Below, piece after piece: positions 11,731 through 23,512 of a DNA stretch of 64,000 bases; within the stretch, counting starts at the first letter, position 1, and every line of letters starts with the position of its first letter. Location: assembly GCF_041956535.1 (NCBI RefSeq), contig NW_027192225.1, positions 64,890 to 128,889 of the forward strand, written 5' to 3'. The notes under the pieces are model-generated. The model was given only the letters and a program-made list of their open reading frames with translations, was not told the DNA's origin and did no database searches. Both the position numbers and the translations under genes were made by a program. Source of the stretch: Calcarisporiella thermophila CBS 279.70. Lineage: Eukaryota; Fungi; Calcarisporiellomycota.

Positions 11731-13184
11731 GCTTAGAAAGAAAAATGAAAAAAAAGTGGTGAACACGGTTGATTGGATGAATACGGGACAATGGTGTAAT
11801 AGATTAGATTATGATTTAGAGAGGATAAATAAAGGGAAATAACAAGGAGGAGAGGGTGGGAGGTGGCGGGAGGGGGATTATTGGAAAAAATGGGAGGAAA
11901 AAAAAAAAAGAAAAATGGAGAGGCAAGGAACTTGTTTGTTCGCTCAGCTGTATATGTATGCTATCTTGTCTATTAGATTCTCATAAAAGATCAATCTCTG
12001 GCAGCAAGAAGAGAAAGGAAGAGAGTAAAAAGGGGAGGTTGGAAGGAACTAGTGTGCGACATTCCTCTGCTGATACATTTCGTCACAAAAATATTGATAT
12101 CAGATTTCTGATGGCTCATTTCTACGCGTAACGAATTTCACCACCCGCCTGACACTGCATCTTCACTTGGAGGAGGATGAGACCGCCAAATACAGCCTGC
12201 ATTTCAGCCGCCTCCTACCCACAACCCTCGCGAGAGAGGCTGTGCTCACCCGCAAATACAAGCCATGGGCTATTCAACTGCACGTCAGAGCCATACCTAT
12301 GGAATACGCAAGGCCAAAAATCTTAGTGGCCCTATTTTTTCTTGAAGCTTGGCAAGATGATTTTCATTAAAGGCGGTGGGTTTTAACTGGCCATGTGTGC
12401 CGACGTGTATGGCGAACGACTACTAAGTGATGTAAACGTGAAAAGAAATAAAAGCATAGATTGCGATGGCCTGGTTTCATAGAGCTTTTGAAGAAATAGG
12501 ATGGCTTAGGGGGATACACAAAGGAGGTGCCTTTGTCCCTATTTTCACACAGCAACGAAGATACTACAACCCCATTGGGACCGACTACTGCTCAATGAGG
12601 TAGATACATAGATACTTTTAATAAGGCATATGGGATGAGGTTGCAATGAGCGTGTGTGAGAAGCGAAGAACTCTTCATAAAGATCCGTTGCAAAGAAAAA
12701 TAAAATCGACGATTAGCTTAATTCAAAGTTACAACTCCCTAAAATCTTGTAGAAATCTCAACCCTTGAATGTGGCGTGTTGGTGTACATAGAGTTTCGAA
12801 AAGCTTAAACCTGTGGGACAGCCCAATCCTCAGGTTGCTGATCCTCATCAAGATTCAAATTCAAAACCCCTCAGGGCCTAGTTGGGTCGCAAGGGGTGTG
12901 TAGAGATGGCAAGCGTAGTTTGAGACCGCTCGCTTTGAGTTGCAGATTTCTTGACTCAATCGAGGAGAGGTGGCAGTAAAAAGGATATTGTGGAAGTCTA
13001 AGGGTTGTGAAGCTTTTATTCTAATAAGATAAATCTGCCCCGGATAGCATTTGGTGATTCTGCAAAAGAAGCGGGCAAAATACACATGAAAACATAAGAT
13101 GTGTACGAGAGAACGCCAGAAAGAACAGACTGCACTATCCACAAGGGAGAAAATGGAGCTTCTTATTTTTTGGCACTGTGTTCT

Positions 13185-14185
13185 CTAGAGATACGGGTCA
13201 AAGGACTCGGGAACCACGGCCACCTCCTTTAAAAACTCCTTGACGATTGTTTTTTGGTCAGACAGGAAATCGAACCTAGAAAGGGAGAGAGATGGCGTGA
13301 GTCTTCTGCGCGCCCAGAGCCTGCGCACGCTCTGCTCACCTGGCGACAAATTTGCGCGACTGCAACAACCAGGGCAGCCACAGCTTGTCGTCGGGCCACA
13401 TTTGCTCGTAGGGAATCTGGTCTATGGGGAACCACTGCGGGGTCATTTCCTCGGTCCTATAAGGGTGCAGCGTGTGAGCATTCCATGGCCAAGGCTTCAT
13501 CGCCTGCTTATGGCTTCCTTACTCCTCCGGCACTCCAAAGTAGCTGACCGCACGAAAGACGTGGACCTCAAGGCCAACGTCATCGCCTTCAAACGTAAAC
13601 CACAAGAGCCCCATTCGCTCCAGCGCGGAGGCGGTGATGCACGCCTCTTCCTTGAGAGAACAGCAAAGGGGGCGTCAAAAAGGAGAACATCCAATTAGAG
13701 GGGGGGGGTCTCGGCAATCTACCTGTAGCTCTCTCATCGCGGCCTTTTCAATGGTCTCTCCCTGCTCAACTACCAGTAAAGAGGAGTGAGAACATGCCGA
13801 AAATGCCGGAGCAGCGGCGATCGCTGATGCTCACCTTTTCCCCCGAATCCATTGTACTTGCCCTGGCCAAAACCTCGTCGCTTCATCCCAAGGAGCACCT
13901 GTTTGCAAGGGAAGCTACTTAGCAGGGCGGCGGGGAGCTGAGGCGGGGAGGGCTTACCTTGTCTCCATCCTGCACAAACAGCAGGGTGAGGATCTTCTTC
14001 TTGTTGGCGATCGTCATGGCTTGCGGGTCCAGCGGTCTTGCACAAGGGCCTCGGATATTGAGCGGCGCTTCGGGAGCAGGGCTCACTGGTGACTTCGGAG
14101 CATAAACGGTGGCTTGGAGGCGGCCAAACCAGCTTTTAAGGTTTTTTTTAGATTTTGCTTGTGCTTCGGCTTGGAAGGCTTCCAT
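13185..14185 (-). CDS. NUDT1: Nudix hydrolase, 8-oxo-dGTPase MTH1/NUDT1-like (start at 14185 or 14017)
   Basis: KILTLLFV..VLLGMKRRGFGQGKYNGFGGK|VEQGETIEKAAMRELQ|EEACI (Nudix box), TEEMTPQWFPIDQIPYEQMWPDDKLWLP. Multi-exon. Confidence 0.9.
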
Positions 14186-14482
14186 ATACGAAAATTAAAC
14201 ATGGTGCCGGTGTCGAGTGGTCGCGAGCTCACTCCTCCCGATTGTCGTGCCGTCGTACTAATAGTACACGCATGCAAATGTAGAACAACCTTCTTTGTTC
14301 CAAAAGAAAAACAAGCCAACCTTCTTCCCGCTCCCCTTCTCTCTCTCTCCTCCCATCTCCCTGCTGATTCTCCCCCGACATCTCGCACCAATCCCTTCCC
14401 CATCATCCCCTAATTGCCATCCATTCCTATCATTCCTCCCGACTCCCCTCCTTGATATATCCCCCCCTCCCCTTCATATATA

Positions 14483-17450
14483 ATGACGAGGTCAAATGTA
14501 TGGCCGTTCTTACTCCTCTGCTTATACCCTCTAGCCGCAAATGCCCAGCAGATGCCGCCATGCGTGGTGGCCATTAACAATGCCCAGCTCTGGTCATTGC
14601 AGTCGCGCGCCTCCACGGTACAGGTTCCATTTAGCACGGCCGAGGTCCAATGGAAATCCATGGGCGATCTGCCCCAGGCTATCTCGAATTCCTACTGCGT
14701 TGACGCGGGCGACGGAAAGGTATTCATTCTTGGGGGAAGCTATGGCTCGTCGATTGTACTGGATGATCTGAAGTGTAGAGCAGGTAAGTCCCCATCCTAG
14801 TGTGCTTTGAAGAAGCCACAATCCGCAACCGCCATTCCTGACCCGCCTTTTCACTCTAATCCCAGTAGCTTCGGCTTCAAGTTCTTCGGACACAACCTCT
14901 TCCTCCTCTTTTGTCCTCTCGGCTGTGTCCAGCAGCACCGAGAGCTCCTCGACCTGGTCCTCCACCACCACCACCACCACCGAAGAGGAGTCGACCGAAA
15001 CCCAAGCCACAGAGACGACCAAGGAAACCAAGCCCTGGACCCCACCGCCCACCTCCCAGCCTTCCACTCCTCCTAAGCCGACAGACACTCCAAAGCCATC
15101 CCCGAAACCCTCTAACGGCGAGACTACTAAATCGCAAGACAAACCCAACACGTCGAACGAGGAAAAGCCCACGTCGCCCAATGGCGAAAAACCCCCGAGC
15201 CCTTCCCCTAGTGCCCCCAAGGGGAATGATGGAGGCCAAGGCCAAGGTCAAGGTACCGGGAACGAGAAACCTAATGGAGTTAACCTCAATCTCAAGCTGC
15301 GCAAGCGATCGCACCGCCACCCGCTCGTAAAGCGCCAATCTCAAGTGTCTCTATTCTACTACGACACCACAAAGAACAACCTGTGCCAATCACCCCCCAT
15401 CACTGGAGAGGGAGTAGCCACCCTTTTCCCGGCAACCGCAGCGGTCGCGACCATGATCGATGCAAAGAACATGTTCATTGTTGCCGGGTACGACGGCTCC
15501 CTCAAAACCCAGACGCTAGACCTGGCCACCTGGAAGCTCAGCTCTATCCAAGAGTCTGGCCAGAAGCCGGACAAGCTGGCGCCGGGCACCGCGATCGGCG
15601 TGTATGACAAGAAGATCTACCTCTTTGGGGCGTCGGCCTATAGCGACTCCGCCAGCGATAAGTTCTTCTACGTGTATAAATTTGACTTGGATTTGCATGT
15701 TTGGACCAAGCTGGCGGTTCCCGCCAATGGCGTCGACATGACCAAGGTGGTCGGCGCGATGGGCGCAGACAAGAAGATGTATCTTGCCCCGACCCAGGGC
15801 AATTCCAGCGCCATCTATGTCTTTGATCCGGCGGCGGAGAACCTGACCCCCCTGACCGTGTCCTCGGCCGGGGCAAACTCCTCCCCGGGCGGGGCGGGGC
15901 TGTCGAATGCTCGTGCCGTGGCACTGAACAGGCAGGTGGCCTTTGTCAAGGGCTCGGGCAGCGGCGGAAACCCCGCGGTGTATGCTTTCGATACGGTGAA
16001 GGGAGAGTGGACGGCGCAGCTCAACCCCGGGGACGCATCGGCCCCGCCCAGCAATGGCGCTGGCAATGGCGGCAAGAATGTGGGCGCCATTGCCGGCGGG
16101 GTCGTCGGGAGCTTGGTCGTCATTGGAGTGGCCGTGGGGCTGGTTATCTTTTTCAAGCGCCGCCGGCAGAATTCCGACATCGTGTCGATGGTGCTGCAGG
16201 AAAAGACGCCGTTTGGACGCGTGTCGCTCCAAGGCACCAACAAGAGCAACCAGGGCAGCACCGTGGGCGATCTCCCGATGATGCTTGAGGAGCGGCCGGA
16301 GCACTACGCCATGAATCTCAGCTCGGGCGGCATGAACCCGCACATGCAGCACCCCGACCCGCTGCAGTACCACTACGCCCAGATCGAGGCCCTGGCCTCC
16401 TCCCACCCCTATCAGCCCCCACCGCAGCAGCAGAGCAACACGCACTTTGACCAGCGCACGGAGCGCAGCAGCAGCGATTCGCGCCGGGGGCGAGTGCTCG
16501 CGTCCAGCGAGGAGCTGTGGGAGAACTACCTGTTCGTGAACACGGTGGACATCGCCGACCAGGCGGCTGCCGCAGCCCTCGACCCCCACGCGCCCTCCGG
16601 CACCCTCGCCCTCCACGACTACACCCTGGCCGAGCCCGACGAGCCGCTCTGCACCGCCGACGCCTCCCTCCTGCGCAGAGCCCTCTTCCATCGCACCAAC
16701 GACACCATGTCGCTGCGCTTCTACCTGCACGAGGAGGCCTTCAGCCGCGAGGTCGCGTTCACCAACTACCTGCGGTCCTCCTTCGTCCTGGGGTCGCGCA
16801 ATGCCTACCAGGTCCGCTCGCCCTTCCACATCGACTACCCCTACGTGATGATCACGGAGCAGACGCAGTACCGGCTCGACCACATGATCCGCTCGCGCCC
16901 CAGCTTCGACGACGCCATGTACTGCCGCCTGGTGGCGCGCGACCTCGCCCAAGTGCTGGCCTTCATGCACGGCAAGGGCGTGGTGCACCTGAGCGTGGAG
17001 CCGGCCGCCTTCCTCAGCGAGGGCTCGGACATGACCAGCTGGAAGATCGGCGGGTTCCAGCGCGCTCGCTTTGTCGGCGAGCCGGTGCCGGACGCGATTG
17101 GCGCGGGCTCGTTCGTCGGCGCGTACTCGGCCCCCGAGCTCTTCCTCTCCACGCCCCAGCAGGCACACCCCAGCATGGACATGTGGGGCCTGGGCGCGCT
17201 TCTGTACGAGCTGTGTGCCCGCCAGCCCCTCTTCGCCTCGGTGGAGGAGGCTCGGGGTGCGCTGCTGCTCGTCGAGGACGACGGCACCGAGGCGCTGAAT
17301 CGGCACTGGGAGCTCCCCATGGATCTGGCCAGCGAGTGCGACGAGATGATGCGCGAGGCCATTCTGGGCCTGCTGCGGGTCGATCCTCAGGAGCGGTTCG
17401 ACGGGGCCAGGGTGCTGCGGGCCATCGGAAGTGGGTCCCAATGGGATTAG
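14483..17450 (+). CDS. Single-pass receptor-like pseudokinase (signal peptide, Kelch/mucin ectodomain, TM, kinase fold), ~961 aa
   Basis: Exon 1 (14483-14783) has the signal peptide MTRSNVWPFLLLCLYPLAANA and a Kelch unit (GKVFILGG). Intron 14784-14865/14868 (NAGNAG) joins it in frame to ORF 14925-17450. Further Kelch-like units: MFIVAGYDG, KKIYLFG, YKFDLDLHVWTKL, YVFDP, YAFDTVKGEW. TM at ~16080-16154 followed by KRRR. Kinase-fold motifs: LAFMHGKGVVH, YSAPE, DMWGLGALLYEL, DPQERF. Confidence 0.85.
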
Positions 17451-17473
17451 ACGCGCCCCCGCTTCGTTTGTAT

Positions 17474-17494
17474 TTCTTCTTCTTCTTCTTCTTC
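17474..17494 (+). repeat. (TTC)7 microsatellite in 3' UTR
   Basis: Seven direct TTC units just after the stop at 17450. Confidence 0.8.
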
Positions 17495-18121
17495 TCTTAG
17501 GCTCATAATAATTTTTGGTTGACTATGGATTTTCCTCTCTTTTCGTTTAATACCTTTTTGTTTGCTACCCTCTTCTCTTCACGCGTCTCGCCTTCTCTCC
17601 TCTCCCCTTCCCTCCCCTCACTTATTTAAAAAAAGTATTTATCCTAATGTTACTATTCCCATTGACTGTGTGCTAGCTGTATTATTCATTTCTCTTTTGC
17701 TTTGGACCTATTAATTTCACCACCTTTCTCTCCTTTGCCCTTCGCTTATATCCCAATAAATTAAATACGAATACCATACAAGATAGATAAGAATACTAGC
17801 ATTAAAGTAGAATAAATAATAACCAGAGTAGAAGAATCGAATGGCGGTGTGGAATGGTTGAGGTGGGGGGGAGGGGGGTCATGGCAGGGGAGGATGGCCC
17901 CTCGTATTAGCGGAGATAAGTAGAGAAAGGCCCAGCCCCACTGAGAGTGTCCAAGAATAAAATGAAGTAGAGAGAGAGAACAAAAAAAAATAGGTGAGGC
18001 AGTATTAAGGAGAGGTTGAAAACTAAGGAGAGATCGATATTGCATGAATGATGTTTGCCTCAATTATCCACGGATAAACGGGGGGGGGGGGCGCTGTATG
18101 GATGTCCCCTCCTCTTCCTCA

Positions 18122-19075
18122 TTATACGAGCTGTAAATAGTTGCTGGGAGCAATGCCCACGGTTCCGTCCGCCTTTCGAGCCTGCCACCACTTCCCACTG
18201 GTGCTCGCGATCTCCAGTATCTCATCCTTGGCGAAGGAGAGCTCATTGGGGTCCTCCGGGTTGGCCTCGTAGGAGTAGAGCGCCTTAGCCTTGTGCGCGT
18301 ACTGAGCGTTCGGCGACACAATCACCGTGTTCTGGTCTACCATGGGAGGGACGTGCTCCTCCCCTGCATTGGCAAGCGGCGTAGGGTGCGAGGGGAGCAT
18401 GGTGGTCACTGAAGTGTATGTGTCGCTGGTCCGGTGATTTCCGAAGCTTTGTGAAGGAGTCTTATGCTCGGGCATTTTGGCATTCATGGGCATGCAATAG
18501 GGCGAATTAGCATAGTAAGCCACAATGGTATTTGCATCGCTACCGAACACGATCACCCAAGCGAATTGCACGAGAAGCATGAGGACGCCTCCAGCGGTAA
18601 TAGCTTGTGCGGGAGGCCAAGAGATGCGAGCAACGCCACTGACGTAGATGGTCAGGATGGAGATGCTATAGACAAGGAATGCCAGTATCTGGAGTAGCAG
18701 AACCGGGTCCACTGTGAGAGGGGGTGTTTGGAAAACTTTCACAGAACCAGAAGACTCACAGCATGGCGATGGGCTCTAAATTGATCGAATGTAATGGCCA
18801 AAAAAATCCCCAGCACCAAGATTAGTTCGAAAATAGCGGGCCACCAAGTGGAATTGCCGAGAGGGCCAGACGCGCATGTCCCTCCAAAAAAGATAATGGC
18901 GCCAATCTATATTATGGAAGCGCAGAGAATAGGAGTAAGGGGGGGGAGACCGCGAAGAGGAAGAATGGTATGGAAGCAAAGGGATGCAGAAATCATGACA
19001 ACTTACAGCGTTTATCCCGAGCGTCACGGCAAGGAATGCGTTGCCGGCAATGTGACCGAAATCGAACGTCGCCAT
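18122..19075 (-). CDS. SHO1: High-osmolarity signalling sensor/adaptor Sho1 (4 TM + SH3)
   Basis: Four N-terminal hydrophobic helices over 3 exons (..[10 protein letters not shown]..; ..[19 protein letters not shown]). C-terminal SH3: [50 protein letters not shown]. Confidence 0.92.
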
Positions 19076-19599
19076 CTGCGCAGCCTGAATGCTTTGTTTG
19101 ATGTTAAGGAATGTCGAAGGGGGGAGGAGAGGAAGAGGGGGAAAGCGAAGAAAAACGGCGAAGCCATTCTAAATTAATTAAGCTTCGGTGCTATCATTGG
19201 ATTCGAGGTCTCAGTTTGTCAGGTTTCGGGATGGCTCACCATTGGAGCGTGGGCGGAGGCCGTGGGAGGGTCCAGGCATCGAGAAGGAAGCGGAGCCTTC
19301 GGCCGAAACTTGTCTAAATAAATTAGCCTTTTATTTTGCTTGGTCTTGGAGGGGGAGAGAGATCAAGATAAAGCCGTGTTGATGTGGAAAGAAAAAGGAT
19401 AGAAGAAGCAAATAGAGCTATCAAAGTAATAATAAGAGTGTAATATATATATATAATATTTATAAACCTAAGAAAGAAGAATAAAAAAAATAGAAAGTAT
19501 CTACAAGTGATGTGGTGTTATCGTTTCAAGCAGACCTTACGCCATCATCCGAGAAGATGCGCAGCATGCAAGCTAGCGCCGATTATAGGCGGGATTAGA

Positions 19600-20856
19600 T
19601 TAGTTAGGCGGTGGACTTGGCTGGGAGCCGGCTATCACCGTTTTTGTCACCACGATCCTTTTATGTTTGGGCGAGCCCACTGGTTCGGCCGGCCCTGCTG
19701 CAGGTTCGCCAGGTGCACCTGAGCCCTCTTGGCCAGCCCCGGGAGCAGGCTGGCCCGAACCACCGGGTGCGGCTTCTTGGCCTTGGCCTTGGCCGCCGCC
19801 CATGCCCGCCGCGTCCGGGCCAGGCGCTGCGGGGTTCTGCTCAGGGCCAGGGGCCGGGGCTCCCTGTCCAGAAGCCTCAGGCGATCCCAACCCAGAGCCG
19901 GACGCTTCTGGAGGCGGAGCTCCCTGTTCCGGCGGTGGCGAGCCGGCCTGAGGGGGCTGGCCGCCTTGGCCAGCTTGTGCGGATGGGTCCGGAGCGCCTA
20001 GGCCGGGTATAATCATTCCCTGGTCAGGAGGCTGTCCCTGGCCGCCAGAGGATCCCTCCGGAGCAGCGGGCTGGGATGGGGGGCTTTGGGCAGACACGTC
20101 TGGGGGCGCCTGTTCGGGAGCTGCAGGCTCTGCGGCGGCGGGAACCATGCCTGCGTCAGGGGCTGCTTGGTCCACTTCCGACGATGAAGCCGAGGCTCCC
20201 TTGCCCGAAGTATTGCCGCAAATAATGTCAATCTGTTGTTGGATGGCAAGGATGGTGGCTTGCTTGATGGCCTCAATTCCATCCAACACGGCTTTGGCCT
20301 TGTCGCCGGCTTGTGCTTTGATGGCCTTTGCCTGAGCATCGAATCCGTCGATCATCACCTTGCGCTGGGTGTCGAGGGCCTGCGCCTGCTTATTTCCGCA
20401 CACGTTACCGCTGGGGGGGACGGGGGTGGGGATGACGGGGGGCACCGTCGTATCGGTCGGAGGGGGAGGGACGGTCGTGGGCGGGGGTGGGGGAGGCGTG
20501 GGAGGCGTGGGAGGCGTGGGAGGGGGTGGGATGGTGGTCGGGGGCGGACTCGTCTGTGTTGTAGGGGTGTCCGTGGTTTTCGAGGTCTTCGAGGTCTTCG
20601 AGGTCTTCGAGGAGTCTGAGGTGACAGGGGTGCTGGAGCTTTGCGGAGGGGACGTTGGCCCGCCGCTGGTAACGGGGGAAAGCGGAGCAATGGTGCCTCC
20701 GGCTCCCGCGTCTGGCGGCTGTGGGACCGGAAACCCGCCCAGAATTTCGGTCGGCAAGGGCGCGGGGGCGGCCTCTTGGCGACGGTGGACACGGACAGGA
20801 TTGGCGAGCACCATGGGTGCGGCGACCAGCAGCCCGAGAGTTATAAGCTTCATCAT
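19600..20856 (-). CDS. Secreted Pro/Gly/Thr-rich protein of unknown function
   Basis: Intronless 418-aa ORF. Signal peptide MMKLITLGLLVAAPMVLA, RR-Q processing site, SKT and PPT repeats, a central ~60-aa helical segment bounded by two Cys, and a PAG/Q-rich tail. Confidence 0.8.
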   Translation of the reverse strand: MMKLITLGLLVAAPMVLANPVRVHRRQEAAPAPLPTEILGGFPVPQPPDAGAGGTIAPLSPVTSGGPTSPPQSSSTPVTSDSSKTSKTSKTSKTTDTPTTQTSPPPTTIPPPPTPPTPPTPPPPPPTTVPPPPTDTTVPPVIPTPVPPSGNVCGNKQAQALDTQRKVMIDGFDAQAKAIKAQAGDKAKAVLDGIEAIKQATILAIQQQIDIICGNTSGKGASASSSEVDQAAPDAGMVPAAAEPAAPEQAPPDVSAQSPPSQPAAPEGSSGGQGQPPDQGMIIPGLGAPDPSAQAGQGGQPPQAGSPPPEQGAPPPEASGSGLGSPEASGQGAPAPGPEQNPAAPGPDAAGMGGGQGQGQEAAPGGSGQPAPGAGQEGSGAPGEPAAGPAEPVGSPKHKRIVVTKTVIAGSQPSPPPN

Positions 20857-23512
20857 CGATATCGTTGCGATTATGCCTTCTATGCTTATGGATGGCTCGT
20901 CTCGTCTCTACACTCTCAACCGCAAACAAACAGAGAGAGTCTCGATGCGTAAGAAAAATGCAAAGGAAAGGGAAATTAAACACAGTGGAAGGGGGGTTAA
21001 GGCATTTATATTGCCCCCACCCCCGGCTAAATATATTTATTTTTTTTCGCAGTAAGAGCGTCAACGCCTAACCGAACCACGAACCCTGCAAACCAGAAAT
21101 TGGGCCCATGATTCAGAGCTAAGAATACGATGGCCACGAAAGAAAAATCTCTCAAGGGTTGTTTTTTTTCTCGTGCTCCAAGTGGCCTTTCCTGATTTCA
21201 TTGCGCGCACCAAGTCTCTTCCCTAATATGCAGAAAATCCATTTAATCAGCTCGCGTTGCCAGGGAATCCCTGTCCTCACCGCGATAAATGATGTCCCAT
21301 CCTCCTACCATCTCGAGCTATTTTCAGGTTACGAACTTCACGCTCCTCCACCCTCCATTGGCCTCTTTGCCCGCTCCTCTTCCTTCGAATAAAGTAAAGA
21401 GCTGCCGAGCTACAACTTTACTGTTTCTGGTTCCCAGATCATGTCCTTGTACAGTCTAAAAATAAATACGCGTGTAAAATTATCGACACTCCTAAAGAGC
21501 CATTGTAACATTCTCATAGGCTCTGTCTTTATTTCTCAGTTTTGCCCAATCTAATAACCACCCAAAGAGAAATCATTAATATGTCGGCGTTGACATTGAT
21601 ATCCGTCGGAGAATTTTTTGGGGGGAAGATCGAGGTAATGAATTTTCTAGAAGTGTCGTTTCACTTTGTCATCAAGTTTAGCAAGAGAACAGTGGGCTAA
21701 AAAAAAAAGAATAATGGTCTCATAACGCATTTGCCATCCAGTTTATTTTCGCACGCACTTTTGCACAAGGAGGGTTTTCCCTGATACAACTTTAAATATT
21801 TTGGGAGCCCTCATTGCTTGGCAATTGTTCTATTGACTAGCATGATTGTTTGACTGGCACTTCTTTTTTTACAATTAATAAAAAACGGGCCGGACATAAA
21901 GCTGGGATCTGAAGCAAACATCCTTTCACCAGTCGGGTGAACTGACTTTCTCACCATCTTGTCTATGCCTGCTAATAGTCTGGCTTGGTTCAATGCATAG
22001 CGCCGACAAAGACTAGGTCAGACTAGTCCAAAAATAAAATTAATAATATTGATACTGATGCTGTCTTGATCTTCAAGCGACTTTAGCAGTAGATTAAAAA
22101 ACACGTTCCCCAAGAATGAAACTGATCGCAGAAGACCGAGTTCATTTGTTTATGAACATGAAAGTCAAGCGTTCATTTAATTTAGAGTTAATCCCTTCTT
22201 AATGAAGGCGAATAGGATGGGGTCGTGGGTCGCGCGTCCTTTCCCGCTCCTTTAAACTCTGTCCGATCCTCTCTTCTATGCTGAGAAAAATAAGGGCCAA
22301 CTTAAGCTTACGATTCAAGGGGTTCTTATCCCCTCAATATTGAATCTTGACATTCAAAAATCGACTATCTGATCTCCAATCCCTCTCCCCTGCTTAAGCA
22401 GAATCAATATATTTACAAATTAATTGCAAACATCTAGAAATCGAGCTTTACCAGGCCAAAGCAATTGCGTCTTATATGTCATACATGGTTGCTCCTTGTT
22501 TCGCTCCACTGCCGCGTCAAAGAAGCATGTGTTTAGAGTGAAATCTAAATGCTATCCTTTTATTTTGGCTGAAATTTAGATTTTGTATTCTTTTCTTTCC
22601 GACCTCTGTATCCTCTGAATTGTTTACTGGTAAACGAGAAACATGGTCTATTATCCCGAGCACGGATGCTGTCCTATGCCCCCAAGGCATTGTATAGAGT
22701 ATAGACTCACAAAAGGTCTCAAAAGTCAATGAAAAAGGATATGGAGGCTTATTATTGCACGGCTCCTTTTGGAGTGTAGCCTTGGGATCATCTCCAGCGC
22801 TAGCCACCCGTCCACGGCAGCCTGTATTGGCCCTCCTGGTTACGGTATAGTTCGACAAGAGGAGGAGGCCATTGCTGTGCAAGCCTTTAATAAGTGCCTG
22901 CACAACCGAGTAACCGCTCGAGCCATGCTGCTTGCCTACCTATTCGGCCAATCTTTTTCTTGTATTAAATGGGCTTATGACCTGCAATTCGGCCAGGATT
23001 TCAGTCCGAGATTGGCACCTCTGCAAGCAGAGAAGTTGCGTATTGAGGGTCACTTTGGCTCACCCGTGTCCACTGTGGACACGAACGCGGTGGCACAGTG
23101 CCGCATGTCCATGGTTGGACTTTTTATTTTCCTTTACAGCCTCGAGTTTTTCGCTTTTGATTGCGCTTGTTCAAAAACAGTCAGGAATGAAAATGATTGC
23201 CCCAGTTTTATGCACCAGGACGGGCCTCCAAGTCCCGATTAGCATTATTTAGGTTTTAGGGAGGGGAGGGGAGGGAGTCTGCATACCGCCAAAAATTGGT
23301 TGAATGCAGCTGATTAAGGTCGGTGGCCGAGGCACCCTGTTTCTTGCTGTAAAATCCGAGAATTTGCCACATGCCACGTGAAAAAAGAGACGCAAACATG
23401 CAAGCGGACATTTTTCGTATTGAACAAAAAGTCAGCTCTATTGAAACATAGGGGTGAGGGGACTCCATCGTGGAGATAAGAGATAGAGAGAATCATGTAC
23501 AGGCACGTGAGT

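Noticed and set aside
15516-17441. 641-aa antisense ORF over the receptor pseudokinase
   Set aside because: Shadow of the GC3-rich sense gene; no recognisable motifs.
20360-21055. Gly/Val-rich 231-aa ORF
   Set aside because: Reverse-complement shadow of the Pro/Thr-rich secreted protein.
22517-23252. Overlapping 100-157 aa ORFs between the secreted protein and ketopantoate reductase genes
   Set aside because: No recognisable domain or consistent exon chain. It could be a decayed relic, but I cannot support that.
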